Shown here: positions 63,865-64,000 of the stretch, piece by piece
Numbering within the stretch: the first letter of the stretch is position 1
Layout of the letters: each line of letters begins with the position of its first letter
Origin: an uncultured Trueperaceae bacterium
Lineage (GTDB): Bacteria; Deinococcota; Deinococci; Deinococcales; Trueperaceae
Assembly: GCA_963799485.1 (NCBI GenBank)
Contig: CAWCXJ010000001.1
Span: 96,001 to 160,000 of the forward strand
Direction of reading: 5' to 3'
DNA length: 64,000 bases
Translations under genes and position numbers: made by a program
Notes under the pieces: model-generated
Told to the model about the DNA's origin: nothing
Database searches by the model: none
What the model saw: the letters and a program-made list of their open reading frames with translations, nothing else

Positions 63865-64000
63865 ATGTTGCCGCCGACCGTTGTCAGCTCTTCCGTCTCG
63901 AGTTCTGAAGTGCGCAAGCTGCCCTTTTCGGGACGTTTAGGAGAACGCGCCCTTTACGTCTATCTGCCCCCCGATTATCACGACCCGGACGCGCAAGGGG
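63865..64000 (+). CDS. Putative esterase, 5' part only (runs off the window)
   Basis: TACACT 6 nt before ATG; LGERALYVYLPPDY motif. Confidence 0.65.
   Translation, partial: MLPPTVVSSSVSSSEVRKLPFSGRLGERALYVYLPPDYHDPDAQG

Overview
A gene-dense, GC-rich (roughly 60% by eye) bacterial chromosome segment. Protein families and frequent leaderless starts point to Deinococcota, probably Truepera-like (inference). It contains housekeeping genes (argB, PGM/PMM, tpiA, pheST, glmS, fabI, methylmalonyl-CoA mutase large subunit), a lycopene cyclase, a partial ebo cluster with a frameshifted eboB, and four ABC importer loci. One importer belongs to a GH38 mannosidase locus where a deletion has fused the binding-protein gene with a LacI remnant. 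Another is a BMP/nucleoside importer interrupted by a Rieske oxygenase and a Nudix gene. There are also a GH55-like glucanase and a membrane Ser/Thr kinase with an NHL propeller. I saw no rRNA, tRNA, CRISPR array, IS element, integrase or phage gene. The most unusual signals are five. (1) A glmS ribozyme variant with a structured insert of about 85 nt that carries sequence complementary to its own cleavage site. (2) Strong, reading-frame-independent over-representation of the palindrome CTCGAG, resembling cyanobacterial HIP1. (3) A candidate purine N-demethylase module. (4) A candidate leaderless-peptide attenuator before pheS. (5) A MerR/NmlR-type promoter with a 19-bp spacer. All calls come from motif recognition by eye; no searches or folding were run.
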